From an uncultured Syntrophaceae bacterium (GTDB lineage: Bacteria; Desulfobacterota; SM23-61), in contig CAZAGD010000065.1 in the NCBI GenBank assembly GCA_964484485.1, positions 7,490 through 71,489 on the forward strand: a stretch of DNA of 64,000 nucleotides, written 5' to 3'. The notes under the pieces are model-generated. The model saw nothing but the letters and a program-made list of their open reading frames with translations. It had not been told where the DNA came from and did not search any database. Each line of letters starts with the position of its first letter. Position 1 is the first letter of the stretch. Positions 30,325 through 39,638 of the stretch are shown here, in pieces. The position numbers and the translations under genes are program-made.

Positions 30325-31539
30325 TTAAAAAGGAATCTCTTGTAAACTAAAAACTGCTAAAAGCATGGAGATGACGATAAATCCAATAATAAGTCCCATG
30401 ACTAAGATGATTAAGGGTTCCAACAAGGAAACTAAACGCTTGGTAGTGTTTTGAATGCTCTCTTCATAGCTAGTAGCTACTTTGTGCAACATCTCTTCCA
30501 GTTTTCCGGTTTCTTCCCCAACCTCGATCATATGCACAGCGAGGGCGGGAAAGATCTGTATTTCTTTTAAGGCTCGCGCCATCCCTTTGCCTTCCCGCAG
30601 CCGTTCCTGGACATAATCAATGGCCTTGGCTACAGCTTGGTTTTGAGAAACTTCTCTTACCAGACTAAGGGCAGACAAAATGGGTACGCCGCTTTGTAAC
30701 AAAGTTCCCAAAGTCCTCGAAAATCTGGCCACTTCAATTTTTTTTATGAGCGAGCCGAAGGCCGGCCAGGATAATTTGAAACGGTCCCAGCGCCATCTTC
30801 TCTCTTCGCCTTGAATATAGGCTTTCAAACATATGTAAAAAAAACCAATTAAAACAATTCCTAACCACCAATAATTGCGAAAATATTGACTTCCCACCAA
30901 GACCATCTGCGTCGGCAGAGGAATAGCTTGACCAAGATCGGCAAAAAGGCGACTGAAACGGGGGATAACGAAAGCTACCAAAATAGTAATGGAAACGGCA
31001 CTCACGGCAGTCAATATAACCGGGTAGATTAATATGGAAATCAAATACTCCTTTATTTCTTTTACTCTTTGCAAATACTGCACCAAGCGCATAAAAATGG
31101 TTTCTAAAAAACCCCCTACTTCCCCAGCTTTAACCATGTTAATGTATAAATTAGGAAAAACCTGCGGATGATTGGCTAGGGCTTCTCCTAAGGAGCTTCC
31201 GCCGCGGATCCGAGCTAAGACATCGCGGAGAATTTCTTGCATTCTTAGATCGGGAGTTAAAGAAGCTAATATATCTAAGCTGCGGTCCAAAGGGAGCCCC
31301 GCGGAAATTAATGTAGCTAACTCCTGCGTAAAGGTCAACAGATTACTTATTCTCCTCCGCCCGGAAGGGAATGAGGGAAGACGCCATTTTTTTAAGGTTC
31401 TCTGCCGGGAGACAACGCGAACGGGTATATAACCCTGGTCTTGCAAATTGCGGACAATGGTTTTTTCATCCTTTCCTTCGAGAAAGCCTTCAACTACTTG
31501 CCCAGTATTAGTTATCGCTTTATAAAAATATTCAGCCAT
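30325..31539 (-). CDS. gspF: T2SS inner-membrane platform protein GspF
   Basis: 404 aa with two GspF/PilC repeats and 3 TM segments. Confidence 0.85.
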   Translation of the reverse strand: MAEYFYKAITNTGQVVEGFLEGKDEKTIVRNLQDQGYIPVRVVSRQRTLKKWRLPSFPSGRRRISNLLTFTQELATLISAGLPLDRSLDILASLTPDLRMQEILRDVLARIRGGSSLGEALANHPQVFPNLYINMVKAGEVGGFLETIFMRLVQYLQRVKEIKEYLISILIYPVILTAVSAVSITILVAFVIPRFSRLFADLGQAIPLPTQMVLVGSQYFRNYWWLGIVLIGFFYICLKAYIQGEERRWRWDRFKLSWPAFGSLIKKIEVARFSRTLGTLLQSGVPILSALSLVREVSQNQAVAKAIDYVQERLREGKGMARALKEIQIFPALAVHMIEVGEETGKLEEMLHKVATSYEESIQNTTKRLVSLLEPLIILVMGLIIGFIVISMLLAVFSLQEIPF

Positions 31540-31595
31540 TTAAATTATTTTTTCTATAAAATACTTTAATTTTTTTGATCTGCGCCAGAAATATT

Positions 31596-33308
31596 TTAAG
31601 TGATATTTTCTTCCTGAGTTACCCTCAAAACCTCGGAGATCGTGGTTATTCCGCGTTTTACTTTCAACCAACCATCTTCTCTTAAAGTGCGCATCCCCTT
31701 CTGCAAGGCTACCTGTTTTATGGTATTGGCATCTTTTCTATCTAAGATCAATCGTTGAATTTCCTCGTCCACCTTAAGCAGTTCAAATATGCCTGTTCTT
31801 CCCCAATATCCTGTGTGCGAACAGTTCGCGCAACCCCGGACTTCGTGAATTTTAAAAAATGGTAATTCTTCTTTAGCAATTTTCATCTCTTTTAAGACTT
31901 GGGGTTCAGGAGAATAACTTAGCCGACAATGAGGACAGGATACGCGTACTAATCTTTGAGCTAAAATACCCAAAATAGTAGAAGAAAGTAGATAATCTTC
32001 CATCCCCATGTCAATGAGGCGGGTAATAGCACTGGGAGCGTCATTGGTGTGGAGGGTACTCAAAACTAAATGGCCGGTAAGCGCTGAGTGGATGGCTATT
32101 TCAGCAGTTTCGGCATCGCGAATTTCTCCAATAAGGATCACATCCGGGTCTTGGCGCACTATCGAACGCAAAGCGTTGGCAAACGTAAGACCAATGGCCG
32201 GCTTTACTTGGATCTGATTAATGCCGGGTAATTGATACTCTACGGGATCCTCTACCGTGATAATCTTTTTTTCGGCAGAATTTATTTTTTGTAAGGCACA
32301 ATATAAGGTCGTAGTCTTACCGCTCCCCGTGGGGCCGGTGACCAGGATTATGCCATGAGGATGACGAATAAGTTCTTCCACTTCTCGGCGGGTGTCTTCC
32401 TGGAAGCCGAGCTGTTCCATTTCCAAAACCATGCTGCCTTTATCCAAGATGCGCAAAACAACAGACTCTCCGTGAATAGTAGGCACAGAAGAAACTCGGA
32501 AATCAATTTCTTTTCCCTTAACGCGCAGCATCATCCGCCCATCTTGAGGAAGACGTCTTTCGGCTATATTTAGCTTGGCCATAATTTTTAAACGGGAAAT
32601 TATGGCTGCTTGCAGTCGCTTCGGAGGTGATTCTACATCGTGGAGAACGCCATCTATTCTATAGCGCACCCGAAAGTGATCTTCAAAAGGTTCGAAATGT
32701 ATATCACTAGCCCTTCTTTCAATGGCCTTGGTAATAATTAAATTTACTAACCTGATTACCGGCCCTTCCGAAGCCATATCTCTCAGAAGATCAACATTTT
32801 CTTCCTCATCGCTGCGATACTCAGGCAAACGATCAATGTCTTCTATAATCTTCTCCATGGAAGTTAAGCCAGAACCATAAACCCGATCGATGCCTCGCTT
32901 AATGTCTTCTTCCAAGCCAGCCAAGACTTTAATTTCATACTTTATGGCTAAACGCAGAGCTTCCAAGGCATGAAAGTCTTGTGGGTTGGCCATTATTATA
33001 GTTAAAGTATTATTTTCTAATTTAGCCGGCAAAATTTTAGCGGCTTTCATAAAATGGAGGGAAATTTGGTCAAAAAGAATTGGTTCATCTGGAAAATCTT
33101 CTGCCTTGGCAAAAGGGACTTTAAAAATTTCTGCCAAAGCCGATTGATATTCGGCTAAAGTTATATAACCTTTTTTGAGCAGGATTTCTTCTAAGGAATA
33201 TTTGTCATCTAAAGGGTCTTCCTTTATTAATTTTTCATAATCCCCTTTTTTTAATATACCTTTGTTAATTAAATGGTTTAAAATATAAATCTTAAAATTT
33301 TTCGTCAT
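31596..33308 (-). CDS. gspE: T2SS ATPase GspE with MshEN-like N-terminal domain
   Basis: Walker A GPTGSGKTTTLY, Asp/His boxes and a tetracysteine motif (CPHC...CANC). Start moved to the MTKNF Met (33308), which has a GGAGGG RBS. The ORF-track start at 33458 would overlap the divergent MFS gene. The N-terminal 100 aa resemble the MshEN/GspE-N1 fold. Confidence 0.85.
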   Translation of the reverse strand: MTKNFKIYILNHLINKGILKKGDYEKLIKEDPLDDKYSLEEILLKKGYITLAEYQSALAEIFKVPFAKAEDFPDEPILFDQISLHFMKAAKILPAKLENNTLTIIMANPQDFHALEALRLAIKYEIKVLAGLEEDIKRGIDRVYGSGLTSMEKIIEDIDRLPEYRSDEEENVDLLRDMASEGPVIRLVNLIITKAIERRASDIHFEPFEDHFRVRYRIDGVLHDVESPPKRLQAAIISRLKIMAKLNIAERRLPQDGRMMLRVKGKEIDFRVSSVPTIHGESVVLRILDKGSMVLEMEQLGFQEDTRREVEELIRHPHGIILVTGPTGSGKTTTLYCALQKINSAEKKIITVEDPVEYQLPGINQIQVKPAIGLTFANALRSIVRQDPDVILIGEIRDAETAEIAIHSALTGHLVLSTLHTNDAPSAITRLIDMGMEDYLLSSTILGILAQRLVRVSCPHCRLSYSPEPQVLKEMKIAKEELPFFKIHEVRGCANCSHTGYWGRTGIFELLKVDEEIQRLILDRKDANTIKQVALQKGMRTLREDGWLKVKRGITTISEVLRVTQEENIT

Positions 33309-33456
33309 AATTTTGCCCTCCACTCTGCCTGCTATCAATTTCAGAACCTGGCCAAAGAGGGCAGGGTAATTTTGGGTTAGATTATATAATAATAATCGGC
33401 AGAAAAAAATATTAAAATTACTATTTTTATGCCGCAAAGGACCGGTTTCCATCTTC

Positions 33457-34650
33457 ATGGGCTATAAATTAACCAGATATGAAGAGAAGAAATTTTGGGG
33501 CCTAAATCGCCAAATTTTTGTTCTTGGTTGGGTCAGCTTTTTTACAGATGTGAGCAGCGAGATGATTTATCCGCTCCTCCCCGTCTTTTTGACCAGCGTT
33601 TTAGGGGCCAGCCCTACTTTCTTAGGTTTTATTGAGGGGATAGCGGAAACTACGGCTTCCCTTTTCAAGCTCTTTTCTGGTTGGCTGTCCGATCGATGGC
33701 AAAAAAGAAAAGCCTTGGTGGTATTTGGTTACTTACTATCTTCTGTCGTTCGTCCCCTGGTAGCAGTCGCTACTTCAGCCAGCCAGGTGCTAATAATTCG
33801 TTTCCTCGACCGGGTGGGGAAAGGAATCAGAACGTCTCCGCGTGATGCTTTAATCGCTGACTCAACCACAGAAGATGTTCAAGGAAAATCTTTTGGTTTT
33901 CAAAGGGCTATGGATCATACGGGGGCGGTAATTGGGCCATTCATCTCATTTTTATTGATCTCTTATTTCACCCAAGATTACCGCCTTATCTTTGCCTTGG
34001 CTTTTATCCCTGCTTTTGGCGCTGTTTTCATCTTAATTGGGGGAGTGCGCGAAAAAATTATTTCCCCCCTCCCTTCCGTAAATCCTTGGAGAAAATTTAG
34101 CCTAAAATCTTTTTCTCCATCCTTCCGCATTTTTCTTCTCGCCGTCACTATTTTTAGTTTAGGAAATTCCAGTGATGCTTTCTTGATTCTGCGCGCTAAA
34201 GAAAATGGGGTAGGCGTGGCTTGGATTCCTGTCCTTTGGATGATCCTCCATGTGGTGAAATCTCTTTCAGCTACCCCCGGTGGAATTCTTTCCGATCGTT
34301 GGGGGAGGAAAAAGACCATTATTCTCGGTTGGCTTCTTTATAGCGCCATTTATTGGGGATTTGCTTGGAGCAAATCCCCAGAAGCAATCTGGCTTCTCTT
34401 TACGGTCTACGGTCTATTTTATGGCCTTACGGAGGGGGCGGAGAGGGCCTTGGTCACGGATTTAGTTCCGGCCACTTGGCGCGGCACAGCTTTTGGTTTA
34501 TACAATTTCTCCGTTGGGTTGAGTACTTTACCCGCGAGTCTGCTCCTAGGCTTTTTTTGGGAAAAATTCGGCGCTCCCTTCGCTTTTTCTTTCGGAGCCT
34601 CCTTAGCCCTCCTGGCCGTATGTTTATTGGGGTTTGGTCTAAAAAAATAA
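33457..34650 (+). CDS. MFS transporter
   Basis: 397 aa with 12 TM helices. MFS loop motif GWLSDRWQKRK. Confidence 0.7.
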   Translation: MGYKLTRYEEKKFWGLNRQIFVLGWVSFFTDVSSEMIYPLLPVFLTSVLGASPTFLGFIEGIAETTASLFKLFSGWLSDRWQKRKALVVFGYLLSSVVRPLVAVATSASQVLIIRFLDRVGKGIRTSPRDALIADSTTEDVQGKSFGFQRAMDHTGAVIGPFISFLLISYFTQDYRLIFALAFIPAFGAVFILIGGVREKIISPLPSVNPWRKFSLKSFSPSFRIFLLAVTIFSLGNSSDAFLILRAKENGVGVAWIPVLWMILHVVKSLSATPGGILSDRWGRKKTIILGWLLYSAIYWGFAWSKSPEAIWLLFTVYGLFYGLTEGAERALVTDLVPATWRGTAFGLYNFSVGLSTLPASLLLGFFWEKFGAPFAFSFGASLALLAVCLLGFGLKK

Positions 34651-34662
34651 AAAATCGAATTT

Positions 34663-35841
34663 TTATATTCTATGAATGGGGAAAATTACTTTTTTTAGAT
34701 AAGCTAAAATGCGATCAATTTCCTTATTTAATCGCTCTTTTTCCTCTCCCCGGGCATATAGAGGTAGGTCGTATAATTCTCCGGCCTCGATTTCCGGGCC
34801 GTACATCATGCCCCCTACTGCTCCCGCGTATTCATCTTTGGGCTCTTGGCCGCTTAGAATGGCCCAAGCTAAAGTCCAATTTCGCGCGGTTTTGTATAGG
34901 TCATAACCGCCGCCACCTAAAACCAGAATGGAGGAAGAGTTTTGGGTGAGTATCTTTATTGCTTGGCTATAGCTGGCATTGGTAATCTGCAAATGAGTTA
35001 GGGGATCGGCTACGTGCATATCAGCGCCGATTTGGGCTATAAGAATGTCCGCATTGAAGCTTGCTAACAGGGGAGGGACAATTTCTTTAAAGGCTCTAAG
35101 AAAAACTTCATCGTCGCAGCCTTGGGGTAAAGGGAAGTTAATATTATATCCCCTCCCCTTTCCTTCCCCAATTTCATCTTCAAAGCCTGACCAAGGGTAG
35201 AGGAATTGTCCGCTTTCATGAAAAGAAATTTTTAAGACGCGATGGTCACGATAAAAAGCTTCCTGCACTCCATTTCCATGATGAGCATCAATGTCCACAT
35301 AAGCCACGCGCCGGCCTTCTTGTAAAAGATCAGCAATGGTTACTCCTATGTCATTTATATAACAAAATCCTTCCGCTCGATTTCTGCGGGCATGGTGAAA
35401 TCCACCCAATGGATTAAAAGCTACGTTAACTTCACCAGCCGCAACCAATTCGGCTCCTAATTGGGTGGCTCCCGCACAGAGAGCGGCAAAATCAAAAACT
35501 CCAGGAAAAATAGGGTTGTCTTCAGTACCCAATCCATATTGCAAAAGTTTACTGGCCAATTCATCAAAACCTTCGCCTAAAATATTACCGTTTAAAGTAT
35601 TGGCCCTTTGCAAAACTTTTAAAAAATTGGGATCATGGAATCTACTCAATTCGGCTAAAGTTAAAGGTAAGGGTTTAATCATTCTTATCCAAGGTCTTTC
35701 GAGAAGACCGTAGCGATGGCAAAGATCAAGCATAATTTTAGCTCGCACCGGCTTAAAGGGGTGATGAGGGCTGAATTCAATACTAGTTAGTTCTTCCGCA
35801 TAAATAAAAGCGCAATTAAATTTTTCGCTCCGCGGTTGCAT
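34663..35841 (-). CDS. histone deacetylase-family amidohydrolase (AcuC/HDAC-like)
   Basis: GFCYINDIGVTIADL and DIDAHHGNGVQEAF are HDAC class I/II zinc-site motifs. Confidence 0.8.
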   Translation of the reverse strand: MQPRSEKFNCAFIYAEELTSIEFSPHHPFKPVRAKIMLDLCHRYGLLERPWIRMIKPLPLTLAELSRFHDPNFLKVLQRANTLNGNILGEGFDELASKLLQYGLGTEDNPIFPGVFDFAALCAGATQLGAELVAAGEVNVAFNPLGGFHHARRNRAEGFCYINDIGVTIADLLQEGRRVAYVDIDAHHGNGVQEAFYRDHRVLKISFHESGQFLYPWSGFEDEIGEGKGRGYNINFPLPQGCDDEVFLRAFKEIVPPLLASFNADILIAQIGADMHVADPLTHLQITNASYSQAIKILTQNSSSILVLGGGGYDLYKTARNWTLAWAILSGQEPKDEYAGAVGGMMYGPEIEAGELYDLPLYARGEEKERLNKEIDRILAYLKKVIFPIHRI

Positions 35842-36009
35842 AATCTTAATATCATATATATTATTTGGGGAGGGTCAATATTTTTTTCGCCTAACCGTTG
35901 GTACCTTTGAAAAATTAGACAGAATCCCAGGAGGAGATGGAGAGGTAAGCGAGTTTTTTGTTGACTTTGATTTCCCAGAAAATGCTGCCGATATGACTAT
36001 GCAGGAGGT

Positions 36010-36741
36010 TTGGTCATGGAAGATTACACGCCTTATATTGGTCAATTATTTCAGGAAAAGACAAAATATTTGCGCTCCACCACTGGATCTTCTTGGGCTA
36101 CCCAAAGAGCAGTTGCCTATGATCTTTCACCCAGGAAGATTATTCCTTTACCTAAGCCGCGCTTTGTAAAAGGATTGGATTTTTGGCAAATTCTTAAGCA
36201 GCGGCGCTCAATTCGCGATTACCAAACAGGTTCCCTTTCATTGATTGAGCTGGCTAACCTCCTTTGGGCGACGCAGGGGTTAACTGAGGGAATGGGTTCT
36301 CCCTGGTATCGCACAGTTCCCTCAGCAGGAGCTCTCCACCCCATCGATACTTACTTAGTGATTAATCGGGTTGAGGAAGTGCCTTCCGGGATTTACTATT
36401 TCCAAGTGGAGGATTTTTCTTTGCAGGAGAAAAAAGTAGGGGACTTCTCCCGCCCAATAGCCAGCGCGGCCTTGGGACAAAAAATGGCTATGACCGCCGC
36501 TGTGGTCTTTGTCTGGGTAGCGGTTATCGATCGTTGTCGGCAAAAATATCGTCAGCGAGCTTATCGGTATATTTATTTAGACTGCGGCCACATCGGGCAA
36601 AATCTCTATTTGGCCGCCACGGCTATGAATTTGGGGTGTTGTACTATTGGTGCTTTTTTCGATGACGAAGTAAATGCTCTGATCGAGGTAGACGGTCAGG
36701 AAGAAACCACAATTTATCTGGCCGCTATTGGTAAAATATAA
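36010..36741 (+). CDS. SagB-type dehydrogenase / nitroreductase-family protein
   Basis: 243 aa. RRSIRDY FMN-binding motif and a nitroreductase fold (GCCTIGAFFDDE). Confidence 0.65.
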   Translation: MVMEDYTPYIGQLFQEKTKYLRSTTGSSWATQRAVAYDLSPRKIIPLPKPRFVKGLDFWQILKQRRSIRDYQTGSLSLIELANLLWATQGLTEGMGSPWYRTVPSAGALHPIDTYLVINRVEEVPSGIYYFQVEDFSLQEKKVGDFSRPIASAALGQKMAMTAAVVFVWVAVIDRCRQKYRQRAYRYIYLDCGHIGQNLYLAATAMNLGCCTIGAFFDDEVNALIEVDGQEETTIYLAAIGKI

Positions 36742-36751
36742 TTAAGGCAAT

Positions 36752-37297
36752 TTATTTGGGCCAAAAAACTCTATTGTTTGTTACGGGCACTCCTTCAAGT
36801 TTTAAGAGATTAGCTTTTAGAGATAAGCCTCCCGGAGCGGAGAAACCAGTCAAATGCCCATTTTGGCCTAAAATTCTATGACAAGGGACGACCAAGGGCC
36901 AACGGTTTTGGGCATTAGCCGAACCTACGGCCCGTAAAGCCTGAGGTTTCCCAATTTTCTGGGCTAACCATCGATAAGTTCGTACTTGGCCATAAGGAAT
37001 CTTGGCCATGGTTTTATAAACTTTCCTTTGGAAAGGAGTCGCTGCCGTCAAATCCAAGGGGACTTGGAAAATCTTCCGCTCTCCTAAAAAATATTCTTTA
37101 AATTGGGTTTTCACTTCTCGCCAATATTCGGCATCTTCTTTACAACCGGGAAATTCAGAGGTAATCTGCTTTTTTAGTTCTTGCTTTTTTAAACCTGGAA
37201 GGTAAATGCGCTGTACCCCTTTTTTATTCCCTACTAACCCCATCCAGCCCGGGCGCACGCGAAAAATAGTATACGTGCTTTCCATTCTCCCCTCCAT
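36752..37297 (-). CDS. ogt: methylated-DNA-[protein]-cysteine S-methyltransferase
   Basis: Active site VVPCHRIL plus a helix-turn-helix. Confidence 0.8.
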   Translation of the reverse strand: MEGRMESTYTIFRVRPGWMGLVGNKKGVQRIYLPGLKKQELKKQITSEFPGCKEDAEYWREVKTQFKEYFLGERKIFQVPLDLTAATPFQRKVYKTMAKIPYGQVRTYRWLAQKIGKPQALRAVGSANAQNRWPLVVPCHRILGQNGHLTGFSAPGGLSLKANLLKLEGVPVTNNRVFWPK

Positions 37298-37319
37298 TTC
37301 TGTTGCAGTTAAACTGATG

Positions 37320-37562
37320 TCAGCGTCCTTTAAGCAAGTCTTTTAAACGCGATTCGTTCTGCTTTAACCCAAAACCCAAGGTATTATAGAAGCTTTCCAA
37401 CCATTCGGTAATACTCATTTTAACCTTATTCTCCACTTTTAAGCCATAGCGCCCGCAAAACTCACAAACTTGCCAGAACAAATCGCTTTTTAAAATCTCC
37501 TCTATATTATTTTTCTGTTTTTTCCCACATTTTGAGCAGATAACTTTTTTAATTACTTTCAT
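37320..37562 (-). CDS. small zinc-ribbon protein (hypothetical)
   Basis: 80 aa with CSKC...CEFC (2x CxxC). Confidence 0.35.
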   Translation of the reverse strand: MKVIKKVICSKCGKKQKNNIEEILKSDLFWQVCEFCGRYGLKVENKVKMSITEWLESFYNTLGFGLKQNESRLKDLLKGR

Positions 37563-37601
37563 TTCTTTTTCACTTTCCCAAAATTTACGACGCGCAAATT
37601 A

Positions 37602-37795
37602 TTAGGCGGAGCAATTAAATATTTACGCTTAATCCCTTCAACCACCCCCCCTGTGTTCGGGTGTCAGTATGACAGTGTCGGAACGACAATCGTACCGATT
37701 CGTTCCGACTCTTATCGACTCTCCCCAGGCGTGGGGAGAAGGCCAGAATAAAGGGTTAAGAAGGGCACAGGTCATTTATTTAATGCTCCCATTAA
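37602..37795 (+). mobile_element. MITE family A, copy A2 (194 bp; TIR TTAGGCGGAGCA / TGCTCCCATTAA, TA flanks)
   Basis: Complete copy. The 12-bp TIRs are flanked by TA at 37600-37601 and 37796-37797. The internal hairpins are the same as in A1 and A3. Confidence 0.6.
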
Positions 37796-37964
37796 TAATG
37801 CCCAAATTTTACTGGGAATTATTAATTAACGTCAGCAAATTTTGTTAAATTTTAATGTACTTATCGTTTAAATAAGTAGATAAGTTTAGCATAGCAGAAA
37901 ATGGTCATCCTGAAAATAAATATTTTCCCTTATTCTGTCCCAATTTTTCCCCAGATTCTAAAAA

Positions 37965-39638
37965 TTACTTTTTTTCTTCCTCAGCGCGCAGGGCTTTCCT
38001 TAGTATTTTGCCCACATGGGATTTAGGAAGTTCTTCTCGAAATTCTACAATGGTAGGTGCTTTATAGCGGGCCAAGTTTTGGCGGCAGAAATCGATGATC
38101 TCTTCGGGAGTGGATTTTTCTCCTTTCTTTAAAACGACAAAAGCTTTGACTGTTTCTCCCCGGTAAGGGTCAGGAACCCCGATGACGCACGCTTCCATTA
38201 TTTTGGGGTGCATGTAGAGAACTTCTTCTATTTCTCGGGGGTAAACATTATAACCGCCGCAAATGATCATATCTTTTTTGCGGTCCACAATATAGAAATA
38301 TCCTTCTTCGTCCATCCGGGCTATGTCTCCAGTATAAAGCCATCCTTGGCGAAGAGTTTGGGCGGTTTCTTCAGGCCGATTCCAATACCCTTGCATTACT
38401 TGGGGTCCTCTAAGGCAAAGTTCGCCCTCCTCCCCCGGGGGTAGCTCCCGTTCTCCTGATTCCAAGTCCACAATTTTGGCATCTGTGTCAGGTCGCGGAA
38501 GGCCTATGCTGCCAATTTTGCGTTTGCCAAAGAAAGGATTGCCATGAGTCACTGGTGAAGCTTCCGTAAGGCCATAGCCTTCGCTGATTTTCCCGCCAGT
38601 TATTTCTTCGAACCGCTTTAAGGCTTCTACAGGCATAGGAGCGGATCCACAACTGCATACTTTAATAGAGGAGATATCATATTCTTTTAGCCGGGGATGA
38701 TTGATCAAAGCAATATACATAGTGGGTACTCCTGGAAACCGAGTTGGCCGGTATCTGTTTATTGCCTCTAAAGTATCGTCGACTTGAAATCTGGGCAGTA
38801 AGATAATAGTTGCGCCCAAGTAAATAGCTTCATTCATGGCTACGGTCATTCCGTAGACATGGAAAAATGGCAACACGGCCAGCATCCGCTCTTTGCCCAT
38901 TTGGATTTCGGGGTTCCAGCTTACACATTGTTGCACATTGGCCACTAAATTAAAATGGGTTAGCATAGCTCCTTTACTTAAGCCGGTGGTACCTCCGGTG
39001 TATTGTAAGAGAGCCACATCTTCTGCGACCACTTTTATCTGGGGTAGAGAAAGTTTTTCTCCCGCCGTCCAAAGCTCTTTTAAGGCAAATGTTCCCGTCT
39101 GCTTATCTATTGGCGGAGAGGAAGGTAAATTGGCAAGAGAAGCATCGCGAAAATCCGTTAAAATAATTCTCTGCAAGCCTACTTTCTCTTTGACCGCGGC
39201 TAAACGAGGGTAAAATTCTTGCCCCGCAATAATATTGGCTACCCCCGCATCTTTAAGCTGAAACTCTAACTCTCTTTCCACATACATAGGGTTCACATTA
39301 ACCACTACGCCCCCTATTTTTAATATGGCATAATAAGCGGCAATATATTGCGGACAGTTGGGGAGCATAATAGCTACTCTCTCTCTCGGCCCAAGACCAA
39401 GCTGGAAAAGAGCGGCCGCCAGATCGCGAGCCTTTTGAGCTAATCGGCGATAAGTTATTCTTTCTTCTTGAAAAATGACGGCCAGATTTTCGGGAAACTT
39501 TGCGGCTGCTTCATCAAGGAAATAAGTTAAGGGAACACGGTGGTAATCAAGATGAAAGGGTACACCTTTATCGTAAAACTTTAACCAAGGCTTTTGCATA
39601 TTTTTTTCTCCATTCCTGGGCAAAAATTTATATGCCAA
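37965..39638 (-). CDS. AMP-dependent acyl-CoA synthetase/ligase (fatty-acid or aromatic-acid CoA ligase)
   Basis: AMP-binding motifs YTGGTTGLSKGAMLTH, GYGLTE and a C-terminal lid. 557 aa. Confidence 0.85.
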   Translation of the reverse strand: MAYKFLPRNGEKNMQKPWLKFYDKGVPFHLDYHRVPLTYFLDEAAAKFPENLAVIFQEERITYRRLAQKARDLAAALFQLGLGPRERVAIMLPNCPQYIAAYYAILKIGGVVVNVNPMYVERELEFQLKDAGVANIIAGQEFYPRLAAVKEKVGLQRIILTDFRDASLANLPSSPPIDKQTGTFALKELWTAGEKLSLPQIKVVAEDVALLQYTGGTTGLSKGAMLTHFNLVANVQQCVSWNPEIQMGKERMLAVLPFFHVYGMTVAMNEAIYLGATIILLPRFQVDDTLEAINRYRPTRFPGVPTMYIALINHPRLKEYDISSIKVCSCGSAPMPVEALKRFEEITGGKISEGYGLTEASPVTHGNPFFGKRKIGSIGLPRPDTDAKIVDLESGERELPPGEEGELCLRGPQVMQGYWNRPEETAQTLRQGWLYTGDIARMDEEGYFYIVDRKKDMIICGGYNVYPREIEEVLYMHPKIMEACVIGVPDPYRGETVKAFVVLKKGEKSTPEEIIDFCRQNLARYKAPTIVEFREELPKSHVGKILRKALRAEEEKK

